A stretch of 64,000 nt of DNA, taken from Giardia intestinalis (lineage: Eukaryota). Shown piece after piece: positions 17,531 to 29,500 of the stretch (position 1 is its first letter; each line of letters begins with the position of its first letter). The position numbers were made by a program, and so were the translations under genes. Below the pieces are notes generated by a model. The model did not search any database and was not told where the DNA came from. It worked only from the letters and a program-made list of their open reading frames with translations. Location: assembly GCA_000002435.2 (NCBI GenBank), contig CM018792.1; one strand, written 5' to 3'.

Positions 17531-20500
17531 ATGGAAGATTCCGCCACTTTCCAGACAGGAATAGGCTACGACCAAGACACCCTGTTTGGCGGAGAAAGTA
17601 CTAGTCAGCCTAGTGGGGTGGAATTCTTCATTCGTTCATCGGTCTCTCCAGCGAATCCAATACGGCTCGTCGACGCAGGGGACATTTCTGCAGATGAAAG
17701 GCGCGCATCCATCTATGCGTATCTCGACAAGGACTTTCGGGAGCACACCAGCAATCTGGTTACCTCTCTCAATGGGTATATGACACAAATGATATCAGGG
17801 CTCTTTCAGGAGCTACGGACAGATATACAGAGCCGAAAGCTATACGTTCTCTTTGAACAAGCCCTGGGGTGTGACCCCATGACAGACCATCTTGCTGCCA
17901 AAGATGTCCTTCCAATATATGCACCCTACATCGACAAAGCGGAAAAAACGTTTCGCCGGTTAACTCTTCATAAGTTCAAGCATGACATAGAGACGGAGTT
18001 TTGTGCCGCCATAATATCCGAATTGCGCGCGCGCCTCAAGATAGAAGACACTAATATGAACATCTCCACTGAGCTCGAAAAACTGCGGCTTCACTGCAAG
18101 TCTCTCTTAGACGAGAATATTCGTATCTCGAGCCAATGGCAACAGGAGCGTGAAAAGCTACTTCAACAGATAGGCACATTATCGGAACAACTGGTGCAAA
18201 AGAAGAGGGCAGGCAATATCTATAAGCCAGACTTTATGGCATCTGGGTCATCGTGGGATGCAGAGGCCCCTGTACCTGATTTCACCAGGGTCCCATCCAA
18301 GGGTGTGAAGGAGCTCCTTGAGCTGGAGACGAAGCTAGCTAATGAAGCAGCAGAGAAGGAGCGGCTTAAGATGGAACTGGATGCTACCTCTATGAAGTAC
18401 CAGCACCTCCTAGAACAATGCAAACAGATACCAGAACTGCAGAATCAAATTGACGAACTTAACCAGCGCATAGAGGAACTTCTTCGCCGCATAGCAGAGC
18501 AGGATGATACGATTGTAGAACAACAAAAGGAAATAGCTGACCTCTTGGACCAGTTGGCATCCCTTAAGAAAGCTTACGATGGATTAGATAGCGATCACCT
18601 TGCGCTGCAAAACACAGTGGATACTCTTAATATGGAGAAAGGAGAAAGTGCAGCGGAGAATGAGAAGCTTAAAAGGCAAATAGCAGACCTTCTCAAGCGA
18701 GTAGCTGCAGCAGAAGCAGAGAGGGACAGATACAAGCAACAGATCACAAAGGGGGATTCTGACCGCAATATTTCCCTAGTAGATATCAATAATAACACAG
18801 TCAAAAGCGCCCGGCTTCCCGGAAGCCCTGACGACGCTGGGTTTGACAACAGGACCCTGCTTTCTGTTAAGCAGCTTCTCTATGAGCTTACTGGATTCAA
18901 TCTGCTAGGTCATCAAGATGGCTTCACAGAGGCTTATGTTGGCGACAAAGGTTTGCCACAAGACGGGGAATCGCGAACACGTTTTTCATGTCCTACTCCA
19001 GGCAAGGAATCAAAGCCGACCCTGCCCGATATGGGCCCTCGAACAGGATCCAGAGCCCTATCCAGGAAAGGAACACCCAAGTCTACAGCTATGAAGGAGG
19101 ACCCTGCATCAATAAGGGTACGGCTGCAGGGTCAAAGGCCAAGCGTTGGAAGCATCGAAGCTGCTCTAGTAGCTGCTACTACCTCTAGCCCATGGAATGC
19201 AGCTAGAAGCATCTCCGGTAGGAGATCTTCCAAGAATGTCGTTAGCGAACGAATAGACACGGATGGCGTCTCTAGGAATACAGAGGTCACACCGTGTAGA
19301 GGCTCCAGGTATAAATTTATAGACACAGGATTAAATCCAGCGTATTTCAACCCGGGAGTAGAGAACCCTTATGATAATGTAGTGTCCGGCTTTTACAAGG
19401 ATCGAGACATCTGTTTATCGAAGCTGACAGACAGATTAGGCATTGAACACGCTCAATTAAGAACTGTCCGTGATCTAGTTGGTCGCTTCTTCTCCGGAGA
19501 CCCTGTCTATGCAGAGCTTTTACGGTTACTTGCCGAAGGAAGTATCTCTCCTGACCTAGTAGCCAAAATCCTTGCAGGCATGCACACAGGGGAACTTCAG
19601 GCATTTTTAGAAGACCTTCTGAAAGTGGATGAGAATGGAAATCTTGTCCGCAATGGAGATAAACAGTACATTGCAGGAAGGGGTGTGGTCGAGGATGAAC
19701 CCTTGAGCAGTGAAGCGGCGAGCTTGTCTGACTATACTCAAAGCAAGAAGAGCCGTGGAGAAAGATACTTACGGAACGGCGCACAGAGACAGCCTGATGA
19801 CCAAGGTCCCAGAGAGGATTATGACGGAGTTCCTTTAGCATTACCGCTCCCCAGGGGATCCGATAACTATAATAAACTTAAGCCTGACATCGATAGTCAC
19901 AGAAGTGTGGCCTCTAATCTAGATGAGCTCTCTGCAGGCGGTACCGAAACATTGCCCAGTGGCCTGCTAGGGTTCTGGAAGCAAACGCAGACTATATTGG
20001 GTATGGACGACATGGAAGAGCTCATGGCTCTTCGGGAACTCATGTTGGACAAAGGAACGAACACCGACGCGTCTAAGAAAAATAAAAAGGGTGGATACTC
20101 GAGCGTTAGCCGATCTTCTTCAACACGGAATCTATATGGAAGTGACGGACATGTTAGTAAAGATGATGGATCAACGGACCCTAGCAGTGCACGGGGCATT
20201 CCTCCAGATATTCTCAAGGATAAGCAGATAGCAACATACATAGATGAGCGGCTGCAAATAGAGCGGGAACGCGTTCGCGATGAAGTGACAGCAGAGCAAG
20301 AATTGGATAATATTGAGAAGATAAAGGTTGCCGTGGAAGTGGCTGCAAATACAATGGACTTTTGGTGCCAGGTCAACTATGATGATAGTGAATCCGATGA
20401 CTATGGCACTAAGAAGGGGGGAGCAGTCATGCAAAAGGTGCAGAACGCCATAGATCGATTTTCAAAGCCAGGAAAGCCGGGATTTCAAATTAAGTACGAT

Positions 20501-23500
20501 AGAACGCCCAGGGATTGGACCGTAAAGGGTGTCTTTGCCCGTCTCTATCAAAATGCAGAAGAAATCCGAGCACGACTCAATATGAAACGGGCGGAGCATC
20601 AGAAGCGAGAGGCTCTTCTTTATGCAAAGTATCTTCGTAGTCAGAATTCCATTCTAAAGGACGACGGTCTTCTGGTGGCAGCGTCGGAGTATGATAACGT
20701 GTCCAAACGATACGCCCAAGAGGCACAAAAGTGGAACGACGAGGTAAAGAAGTTATCTGCATACGACAGTAAGCAAGAAGATTTTAGTAAGACCCCTCAG
20801 CTTTCTGGCTCTAACGTTAGGGGAGAAGATGCGCTTATGAAGACAGGAAAAATGACCACTGCGGACCTAATCGAGGAGGTTAATTCACGCTCATCTAAAG
20901 AGCACTTGATCAGGATCACTTCTGTATCAACTAAGTCGCCAGACATGGACGATATAATAGTTAACACGTCTGGCATCAGGAGTGCACCACGAGGTCTCAT
21001 GGGGAAGCAGCGGGACAGGATAACAACGGTATTTGACATGGAGGGGTCATCGATTCGGGGAACACCTAGAAGTTCTATGACTGGCTCTTCGTACAGAAAC
21101 TTAAACAACACACCGAGAGAAAGCATCAGTGGCTCCCAAGATGCATATGTGACGGGAACACCAGGTGCTCCCAAGAATATGTTTAGTACTCTCAATACTG
21201 GTGGAAGGAAGCTACCAGGGATGCAGCTTACCATAAAGGATCACTCTACACACCACTCACTTAAGCAGCAAGGACCTGGCCAGATAGCATATGGAGCAGA
21301 ATTAGTGACTATGAACTTATCAAATGGTTATAGTGGCTCTAAGGGTAGCAAGCCCATTCTGATAGCATCCGGAAACAGTGGAAACCCGCTTCCTTATATC
21401 AGTAAAAAGAGCAACACAGACACGCCAGGATCCACAGTCGTGGATGCTTTCCACGAATCCGATATTAAGCTGACTCAAAGTATTGATAACTCTAACGTAT
21501 CTATCGCACCAGTAAGTAGTAGTACAAGCTGCGAGCCAAGCACAAACTTATTAAAATCTGGCAAAATTCTACAACCGCTTACTTCAACTCCTGAGCACAT
21601 CCGACCGTTCTCTGGAAAAGGTTTTGGGAGTGGGAAAATAGTTTATGACCAGTACGGAAAACCCATGCCAGCACAAGAGATACAAGATATTATCGCATAC
21701 AAGTACATATTCGGGAACGCCTCTATGCTTAAGGTTAAAGATATGGGGCGACGCCTTCTCGTCTCTGTGCCAGATAGCTCGCAATTGATAGAGGTATCTA
21801 AGGAGACGCTGCGCACGATCAAGGAGAATGTAGACAAGCTGGTGGAATACTTTAAGGTGCCAGGGATATCAAATTTGTATGGAAATGATGTCGTGGGACG
21901 CGCAACTAGCGCAAAAAGAGATTCCAATTCTGCTAAGTTAAATACTCTACCTAGAGATCCGCCTATTGATGATAGACTGGATTGTCCAGCTGTTTCTATC
22001 AATAGAGATGCTTTATCGACTACGGATGAATTAGTGCAGGAAGAGAAGAGAGCTCTGCTAGAGTTTGACAGACCCGACTTATCTGCTATCCCTGGTACAC
22101 CGATTGCTCTTCAGACAGACGTAACCAGGTCTGCATCTGTATTAAATATTGAGCCAGACCCACAGCAATCCTTTACTGATAAGGAGAACGTTGATACTGA
22201 TTTTCTTATTCCTTCAACGATAGCCTCGAGCGCGATGAAGAAAGACAGGTACGGGGTTGAAAAAGAGTTAGAAGATAACTTGGCGACAGTGCTCAGAAAA
22301 AGCGTAGAGGCGCTAGAAAGTTTCACGCCTCCACTGCGATTATCAGAAGACCAAGATTTAAGCAAGCAACGCAAAGGCAAAGAGCTAGTCTTATCTGATC
22401 TTGATCTTCAAATAGCCAGTATTAAGGATCCGTATGCAGAAAAGATAAACCATCTAGACGAGGAAGGAAGCATCACTCCGAATAGCCTAGAGTATGGACT
22501 CAGTGTCGTTGAGGTGACACCAAACACAGAATTTAACCAGCAACGTGAAGAAACTATCACCCTTAACAGCTTTCGAGGCAAACATAGCGATCGCACTAAG
22601 TATCGGAGAGAGAGTAGCAACTGCATATCCGATGATGGCTCAATAGACCTCACCAGTCATAGCAGCGGTCAAAATCAAATAGACGATCGTTCTACTCATT
22701 TCGAGGATCTAGTCGAAAACGCACTTGAAGATCCAACAAAACAAGCGTCTCAAATAAGAGTTAGCACCACTGTAATAGCATCAACAGAATCACTCAACGC
22801 TAATCAGGTGACTGCACCAGAACCCAGTTCAGCATATACACAAGGTAATACCATACGGAGAAGCATCGTTAGGGGAATAGAAGTAGCAGACAGTGCCGTA
22901 TCAACACACTCAACAAGGACCAACACCCCATCTCAGGGTATGCTATCATTAGATGAACAGATTTCTCTACGACTGGCCGATCAAAGCCGTACAGCGACCG
23001 CTATTAACATAGAGTCCCCGCTTTCTGGCTATGAGAGGGACAGTATCAATCGGATGGACCCCGGTGCTATTCCAGAGTTTCTGACTGGAACAACATCCAT
23101 ACATATAGGTGGACGTCGGCTCTCAGATGACGACCGCCATAGTTTAGAAGGTACTCTTAGCATTCCTGGACCGGGTGAATTAGACCGATATGATACTGCC
23201 CATTCGGGATATGAACACCATAGGCTGCCATCATATAATCCACAGGATTCCAATTTTGTGGCTTCTTCTTTACATATGAAGGCAAAGCCAGGCGCTATTA
23301 ACCATATAAATACTTTTATCCAATTTGAGAATCCACAGGCTCGTGCAGGAACACAACACGCCGTTACAACTTCATTAAATAGCGACGATCCGCACGCTTT
23401 TGGGGATACCAGCGAGAAAACGACTTCATCTCCGAATGTGGCAGGAGCTGTGCGTCATACGGTTGTCCAAAAGCAGTCATCTACTTCCAAGCATGGTTTT

Positions 23501-23809
23501 GTACCAAACAACTATCTTATTGGAAAGATACTGCCGCAGGAGCCTTTTATTAAAGGCCCGTCAGGACCCATTAATATGGGAGAACCAGGTCTTTTAGCCA
23601 GCGCAAGTGAGTCGCTAGTTATCAGAAAACGCTCAGCCGAAATCTCTGGAGCGAAGGAACCGACCACAAGCGGCGGTCAAAATGCAGATTCCGACACGCC
23701 AAGTCAATCGAATATCTTTTCTCAGCCAAAGCTGTACATGAGTAGATTGCATCAAGATCTTAAAAAGGCTCGCGATGCTGATGGAAGTTCGCTATTTGGT
23801 AAGAAATAA
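17531..23809 (+). CDS. giant coiled-coil protein, paralogue 3 (2092 aa)
   Basis: 'SRKLYVLFEQALGCDPMTDHLAAKDVLPIY' domain, coiled coil, and 'NIYKPDF'. ORF-track start 17450 is TTG; the first ATG is 17531 ('MEDSATF'). It shares a 95-bp divergent spacer with the c'' gene. Confidence 0.75.
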   Translation: MEDSATFQTGIGYDQDTLFGGESTSQPSGVEFFIRSSVSPANPIRLVDAGDISADERRASIYAYLDKDFREHTSNLVTSLNGYMTQMISGLFQELRTDIQSRKLYVLFEQALGCDPMTDHLAAKDVLPIYAPYIDKAEKTFRRLTLHKFKHDIETEFCAAIISELRARLKIEDTNMNISTELEKLRLHCKSLLDENIRISSQWQQEREKLLQQIGTLSEQLVQKKRAGNIYKPDFMASGSSWDAEAPVPDFTRVPSKGVKELLELETKLANEAAEKERLKMELDATSMKYQHLLEQCKQIPELQNQIDELNQRIEELLRRIAEQDDTIVEQQKEIADLLDQLASLKKAYDGLDSDHLALQNTVDTLNMEKGESAAENEKLKRQIADLLKRVAAAEAERDRYKQQITKGDSDRNISLVDINNNTVKSARLPGSPDDAGFDNRTLLSVKQLLYELTGFNLLGHQDGFTEAYVGDKGLPQDGESRTRFSCPTPGKESKPTLPDMGPRTGSRALSRKGTPKSTAMKEDPASIRVRLQGQRPSVGSIEAALVAATTSSPWNAARSISGRRSSKNVVSERIDTDGVSRNTEVTPCRGSRYKFIDTGLNPAYFNPGVENPYDNVVSGFYKDRDICLSKLTDRLGIEHAQLRTVRDLVGRFFSGDPVYAELLRLLAEGSISPDLVAKILAGMHTGELQAFLEDLLKVDENGNLVRNGDKQYIAGRGVVEDEPLSSEAASLSDYTQSKKSRGERYLRNGAQRQPDDQGPREDYDGVPLALPLPRGSDNYNKLKPDIDSHRSVASNLDELSAGGTETLPSGLLGFWKQTQTILGMDDMEELMALRELMLDKGTNTDASKKNKKGGYSSVSRSSSTRNLYGSDGHVSKDDGSTDPSSARGIPPDILKDKQIATYIDERLQIERERVRDEVTAEQELDNIEKIKVAVEVAANTMDFWCQVNYDDSESDDYGTKKGGAVMQKVQNAIDRFSKPGKPGFQIKYDRTPRDWTVKGVFARLYQNAEEIRARLNMKRAEHQKREALLYAKYLRSQNSILKDDGLLVAASEYDNVSKRYAQEAQKWNDEVKKLSAYDSKQEDFSKTPQLSGSNVRGEDALMKTGKMTTADLIEEVNSRSSKEHLIRITSVSTKSPDMDDIIVNTSGIRSAPRGLMGKQRDRITTVFDMEGSSIRGTPRSSMTGSSYRNLNNTPRESISGSQDAYVTGTPGAPKNMFSTLNTGGRKLPGMQLTIKDHSTHHSLKQQGPGQIAYGAELVTMNLSNGYSGSKGSKPILIASGNSGNPLPYISKKSNTDTPGSTVVDAFHESDIKLTQSIDNSNVSIAPVSSSTSCEPSTNLLKSGKILQPLTSTPEHIRPFSGKGFGSGKIVYDQYGKPMPAQEIQDIIAYKYIFGNASMLKVKDMGRRLLVSVPDSSQLIEVSKETLRTIKENVDKLVEYFKVPGISNLYGNDVVGRATSAKRDSNSAKLNTLPRDPPIDDRLDCPAVSINRDALSTTDELVQEEKRALLEFDRPDLSAIPGTPIALQTDVTRSASVLNIEPDPQQSFTDKENVDTDFLIPSTIASSAMKKDRYGVEKELEDNLATVLRKSVEALESFTPPLRLSEDQDLSKQRKGKELVLSDLDLQIASIKDPYAEKINHLDEEGSITPNSLEYGLSVVEVTPNTEFNQQREETITLNSFRGKHSDRTKYRRESSNCISDDGSIDLTSHSSGQNQIDDRSTHFEDLVENALEDPTKQASQIRVSTTVIASTESLNANQVTAPEPSSAYTQGNTIRRSIVRGIEVADSAVSTHSTRTNTPSQGMLSLDEQISLRLADQSRTATAINIESPLSGYERDSINRMDPGAIPEFLTGTTSIHIGGRRLSDDDRHSLEGTLSIPGPGELDRYDTAHSGYEHHRLPSYNPQDSNFVASSLHMKAKPGAINHINTFIQFENPQARAGTQHAVTTSLNSDDPHAFGDTSEKTTSSPNVAGAVRHTVVQKQSSTSKHGFVPNNYLIGKILPQEPFIKGPSGPINMGEPGLLASASESLVIRKRSAEISGAKEPTTSGGQNADSDTPSQSNIFSQPKLYMSRLHQDLKKARDADGSSLFGKK

Positions 23810-23830
23810 ATAGAGGACATACCAGAGACT

Positions 23831-26449
23831 CTAAACCACAGGTTGTCTAAGTGGGGCAAGAGTCTGAACGGAAAGCCGTACCATCCGTAATGCAATTTGC
23901 TGCTCGGGAGTCACTAGAGATTCTTCATCATCATTGGACATTATCCTAGTTGTGATCTTCTTTAGTACCTGAGATAGTATTGTTATAAATATCTCATAAA
24001 TCTTATCATTAGTGACCATTATTAATTCTGTAAGAGATGATACCAATGCGCGCTGGCTCACCTTATCAGCAACTACCCTCACTAGTGTCAAGATGACAGG
24101 AAGAAGGCAACTTGTCTCGATCTCTCCAGTGAATTCTTTTATAGTTTGTAAGAGAGTTTGTACAGAAGATACGAGGTTCTCAAAACTGCGCTTGTCAAAA
24201 TAGTCTCCTACTGCTTTGGTCAAGTCAAGAAGGGCAGAAATTAGGATACATCCGCCAGAGTACTCATCCGAGGTAGACCTGTCAACGTCGTGAAGAACGG
24301 GGGCCAAAAATAATGCAGCTGTACCTACAAACGGAAACATCACAGCAGGATACACACACAACAACAGTAATGTTAAAAGAGAATGATCGTACGGACGCAC
24401 AAGGAAAGAGCCAAAGCTTGTAGCATAAGACTCTCGAAGAAATTCTTCTACAGCGGCAGGCGTTTCATGAACAAGTTCTCCTGACTCAAATAAGTCAATA
24501 TCTGACAGTGCAATAGAAGCCAGCTGTGTACAGGGAGTATCATACCAGCCAATGCCGAATAGTTGCGCAAGAGAGTACGAAAGGGTTATCTGGTCTTTAA
24601 GCTCCGTGGAACTGGCGCCTATGTAGCTTGCGATGAGATCTAGCATAGAGTCAACTGAACTGAATGGTCCCACTAGTTCTGCACTCATCGTATTGAGGGA
24701 GCGGGGTGACAAATCCAGAGTAGAAAGGCTTAGGTTAGCTGTGGAAAGGTGTAACGGAGTATCTTGCGGCCCTCCTGTCAATGAGATATTAACCACTGAA
24801 TTTGAGCGCTGCTTCATCTCAGGATGGTTTCTAACGATAGCCTCTACAACTACTTCATCTCGGTCCCTGTCTGCTACCACAGCGGGGATGAACTCAGCAG
24901 TTGAACGACGAGGTGGTGATATTGCAGGGCACTCAACAGAAACATGAGGGGAAGTACCTATACTGTACGTAGAAGATGCAAATACCTGGACTTCTTTGTC
25001 TGTAAAGGTTGTAGCTAAAATCCGTTGTTGTTCAGGGTGACGATCAGTAAGACAACAGGATATGGCCTTGTCAACGAGGTTCATGCATTCATAAGTTGGT
25101 TTGCGCACAAGTGTGCTGGAAGATTGGGGAAGCAAGAGTGACCCGTTCAAGGAAGAAGCTGCGTCACAACCTTGCAAGCAGCCAGCTTTCTCAGAGATAA
25201 AAGCTTGTAGCTTGGCTGTCTTTTCCATTTCTTTGTTAAGTTGCATGGTGACATTGTCCAACTCATGGACTACAAAGTCGTGGCTTTGCATCAATTTTGA
25301 GTTCAGTTCTCGTAAATTTGCCAACTCATCTTGGGCTGTACTAAGTGTGAGGATAGTGCTGGCTTGTAGTGTTCGGTGAGCTGGCCCGTCTCCGCCAGAC
25401 TCAGATTGATCAAGGCAGATAGAAGGCTCTGTTTGGGCAGTCTGTGTCGATGAATCGTTGGTTAGTGAGGGCTCATTTGAGAGACCAGCAGCCAGATGTA
25501 GATAGTAGTCTAAGCCAGGCATAGATACAGCGGTTTCATTAGCATCAGTAGCTAAGTGGGGTGTCTTTACTTCTGCTTTGGGCTTGAGCCGCTTCTTGAG
25601 TCTTCTTTTTGATGGCTTTATGGTCTTAACTGGTGAGGATTCTGTACATGGAAGTGCAAGAGGAGTATGCGACGTGCTTGGGCGGAGAATATCAACTAAT
25701 TTTTCTCGAACCTCAGCGCTCTTTAGGGACGTGCACATCGAATTTAAGGCCGCGTTATAAGGAAATAGAGAGAGGATCTTGTTCAAATCGCAAAAGTTAC
25801 GGTGCTTTAGCGCAAGTAGTAGAGATAGAAGCTCATCATACTCAGATACAGAAACAGTTTCCGGTGTCAGTCCGAGTTTTGCAAGAAACTCTCGGGCAGA
25901 TTGCCTTTCTATGTGAGTAGATTTATGGTTTGTAGAGGCCTTTCCTCGATGTCCATGCCCATGTGCTCTATCTTTTTGTGCTTGAGGGGTGCTTTTTTTA
26001 TTGATGGGCTGTCTACTCGGTGTTCCAAGTGCACTGTACGATAGAAAAGAGCGATCCACCTTACCAATATGGGCTGAGTCGCGTTGAAACCTGACCATAA
26101 TATCGGAGTCTCGCTGGTACTGACGTTTGGGCGCCAGTACTGGTGTTGTCATACGGCCATGCTTCGCCGATCCCTGAGAATTATTATGCAAGCGTGTTTG
26201 TAAAGAACTCGACCTAGATTCGGGTGTTGAACAAACTTCGTAAGCGTCCTGAGACGTCGCTGATAAGTAAACATCTGCAATAAGATCTGCACGGTGAGGT
26301 GATGAAACAACTGGTGTCCTGCCAGCAGAAAGTGCAAGGGCAGAGTTGTAGGCTTCGGTGCTGAGATCCAATGCACCAGAGCTTATTATCTGTTTGATTG
26401 CTTCCTGGTATGCGGCATCAATGGAAATATCCAGGTTTTGAGGATACAT
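23831..26449 (-). CDS. hypothetical protein, 872 aa
   Basis: ATG confirmed. S/T-rich N-terminal half with a hydrophobic segment near the C-terminus ('LLTLLLLCVYPAVMFPFVGTAALFLAPVL'). No family recognised. Confidence 0.6.
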   Translation of the reverse strand: MYPQNLDISIDAAYQEAIKQIISSGALDLSTEAYNSALALSAGRTPVVSSPHRADLIADVYLSATSQDAYEVCSTPESRSSSLQTRLHNNSQGSAKHGRMTTPVLAPKRQYQRDSDIMVRFQRDSAHIGKVDRSFLSYSALGTPSRQPINKKSTPQAQKDRAHGHGHRGKASTNHKSTHIERQSAREFLAKLGLTPETVSVSEYDELLSLLLALKHRNFCDLNKILSLFPYNAALNSMCTSLKSAEVREKLVDILRPSTSHTPLALPCTESSPVKTIKPSKRRLKKRLKPKAEVKTPHLATDANETAVSMPGLDYYLHLAAGLSNEPSLTNDSSTQTAQTEPSICLDQSESGGDGPAHRTLQASTILTLSTAQDELANLRELNSKLMQSHDFVVHELDNVTMQLNKEMEKTAKLQAFISEKAGCLQGCDAASSLNGSLLLPQSSSTLVRKPTYECMNLVDKAISCCLTDRHPEQQRILATTFTDKEVQVFASSTYSIGTSPHVSVECPAISPPRRSTAEFIPAVVADRDRDEVVVEAIVRNHPEMKQRSNSVVNISLTGGPQDTPLHLSTANLSLSTLDLSPRSLNTMSAELVGPFSSVDSMLDLIASYIGASSTELKDQITLSYSLAQLFGIGWYDTPCTQLASIALSDIDLFESGELVHETPAAVEEFLRESYATSFGSFLVRPYDHSLLTLLLLCVYPAVMFPFVGTAALFLAPVLHDVDRSTSDEYSGGCILISALLDLTKAVGDYFDKRSFENLVSSVQTLLQTIKEFTGEIETSCLLPVILTLVRVVADKVSQRALVSSLTELIMVTNDKIYEIFITILSQVLKKITTRIMSNDDEESLVTPEQQIALRMVRLSVQTLAPLRQPVV

Positions 26450-26552
26450 TAAGGCGTTGTTGATTGGGCTGGTTGCTTTTGCTTTATTTGCGTTTGTGCA
26501 AAGCCATAATGTATTAAAAGCTTAGGCATTAGAAACAGATTTTGGCAGCTCA

Positions 26553-29500
26553 ATGATGGCAACAGATCCTCTGGGCCTTGACATGGCCGAACTGGGGATT
26601 GTCATTAACCACGGCGACTTGCAAGATGTGCATTCAGGTTGCCTTAAGTATACCCCAGAGGCCTTGGCCCTCGTGAACGAACTGACCGCTAACATTGCCA
26701 CCATCCTCACAGACTCCATCACAGCGGTATTTACTACACTCAAAGATCGCATACACGAACGTCCGCTCTATGTCCTTTTCGAGCCTCAACTAGGTTGTGA
26801 TCCTCTTACGGATCATCAGACCCCAAAAGATGTATATCCAGTATTCAGTGAAGCAATCTCATCGGCAGAAAAAAGGCTGAGCGAGACATCTATTGTAATG
26901 ATAGCGGATGAGCTGCGAGCAAAGATTGTCACCATGTTGAATTTAGAAGTTAGTAAGACCAACGCCCTTAAAGCACAGGCAGAGGATGCCCTTGGAGAGC
27001 TAGCTACTCTGAAAGCTAAGCTACTCATGAAGGACAAGTTCATTCAGCAGATCATGCAGTCCAAATCCGAAGACCATAGCAAGTTCATATCAGAAATAAC
27101 CGTTCTCAGAGAGCAAGCCTTTATGAAGCGGCGCTTTGGAGATAGGTACAAGCCAGATAATATTGACAAAGCAGCAGATGATGGCCAGCAGCAAGGCCTC
27201 GGCGGATCCCTTTTGGGGAGCACAGGAGAGTTCGCTGTAGGCCAAGGAAACCAGGCTAACAAGCTGATTCGTGACCAGCTAGCAGCTACAGTAGCAGAGA
27301 ATAAAGAGCTGAAGCTTAAGCTGGAGGCAACAGGGCTTGCACACAAAAAAGTAGAGGAGCTGGAGGAGGAGTGCACCGCACTAAGGCTCAACATTCAAAA
27401 CTTGGAGTCATCTCACACAGAAACAATAGCCAAACTTGAAAGCAGTCTCAAGGAAAAGAATTTGCTCATATCAACCTATCAGGACAATGAACGGGCACTC
27501 AATACATCTGTTCAAGAGCTTACAAAGCAACTGCGCTCGTTGGAGAAAAGGCGGCCCACTTCTTCAGATATTACTTCTCGTACAGACACAGATTTATTTA
27601 GAGAAAATACTGAGCTAAAATCTAGAGTCTTTGAACTGCAAGAGCAGCTCATGACTAATCAGCTAGAGAAAAAGCAGGACCCTACAGAAGATGCGAGCCT
27701 AGCAGAGACTCTTTCCAATCTACAGAAGGAGCTTCAAGAGAAAACTGCTGAGGCAAGCCTTTATAGGCAAAAGCTAGAAGAGGCTGGCCTTTTGAACGCA
27801 CCGGTTGACGCATTTATCAAGCTCGCTGATCATAATACGGCTGTGGCTGCATTCACCTCTCAGATTGACGAGCTTGAGGCTCAGAACCAGGCTCTCGTAG
27901 AGCTCTCAGAAAAACTTCAACGTCAAGTAGATCAGCTTATAGAAAATGAAGCCGCCGAGATAAATAATGTCCTTGAGGCTAACGAAATCTTACACAAGCA
28001 GAAGCTGAAAAACGCAGTTGAGGCTGCCGTTTGTATCGACAGTTTCAACGAGTCTATTCAGGCAGCCAAGCGAGCTATCACAAACTTTGATGACTTCGGG
28101 TGTCAGGTCCCAGATAAGCGCGCTCGTAAAAGTGCTCTACGATCTGGCGAAGGGGATGACCTGGATGTGCAGGATGATGAGGGCTGTAAAGAAGACGCTG
28201 AAGCATCTCGCATTCGTCGCGCCATTGATGCAGCTAGGAAAATATATGCCAGCCGTCTTCCCGCGATGAACGAGCCTACATTGTCCTATGACGTGAGCAG
28301 TGTTGACGAGGTCTTTAAACAGTTATTCGACACGGCAAAGACAGCCAAGACGCAGCTCATGAAAAAGCATCACGAGACGCTGAAAAATGAAGCGCAAACA
28401 CTGATGAGAAACTTAAACCTTCATGATCGCATTGCCCGTACAATTTCACATTATACTAACTTTGTTGACCAACCAGCTAAGGACCCGTTGAAACTACTGT
28501 CTAAAGAGCAGCTACGCGATGTGCTCTGCGAGAATATAGACGTAGGCCCCTTTGACGACTCGTCTCCTGAACAGGATGAGATGTTAGCTAGACTGCCTGA
28601 TGCATCACATGAGATGCAAGACGAAGCTTCGAATAGAGACTCAGCTGTAAAGGAACCTCATGACTCGCCTCCTGCAAAACCTGATGGTCCCGCTCCTAGA
28701 AGTCGTAAGCGCCGTGCCTCTCCTTCTAAGGTTAGGGGCGGCAGATCTACCCTTTCCACACCAATCTCTTCCACTACAAGACCAGCAACCCGAAAGAGCG
28801 GAACTACACTGAGCGGTACAACAACCTCACGTGCTTCTGAGTTAGAAGAGCTCGACGGCGAAAAGGACTTTTTTCGTGCCTCAGTCCCAGACAGCCCCGT
28901 CAGAGAGACCTTCAGCGTACGAACCCCAGCATCTCGAGGTATAGAGAGCGATAGAGATTCAGACGACCAGGTGGCTTATGCGCTAGCAGACAACGGTAAG
29001 CGTATAGCGCCCATGAAACACGTTCGTGTACCACGTTTGAAAAGTAGTGGACGAGGCCCAAGGCTATTAATTCGACTATTAAAAGACAAACTCACTGGAG
29101 AAATCCGCGATGAACTGGGAAGGCTGGTATCTTCAGAAAACCTATATATGTACGGGTATTGCCTGGACATTAGAGGCGACCTAGTCTACTATGGTGATTG
29201 CAGTGTCAATAAAAAGGCTTCAGATGACCCAGATACCATTGTACGGAGATTTCTGGCCGGTGACGAAGGTGAGTTGCTACTGCCTAACGGACAGCGCATT
29301 TTCCGAGAGGATGCACTGCGCTTTGGATATAAGGGTCCTGCACGTAATGGAACTTACATTTTCATTGGCCAACCTCTTGACCTATATGATCAGGTTATGC
29401 GACTATCACCGGATGGTGTTTCTGCTATGGTGACTAAGATCTTAGGACAAGATATAGAATATGACGATATCATTGCTGACTTTACCTTCAAGCTGGATTT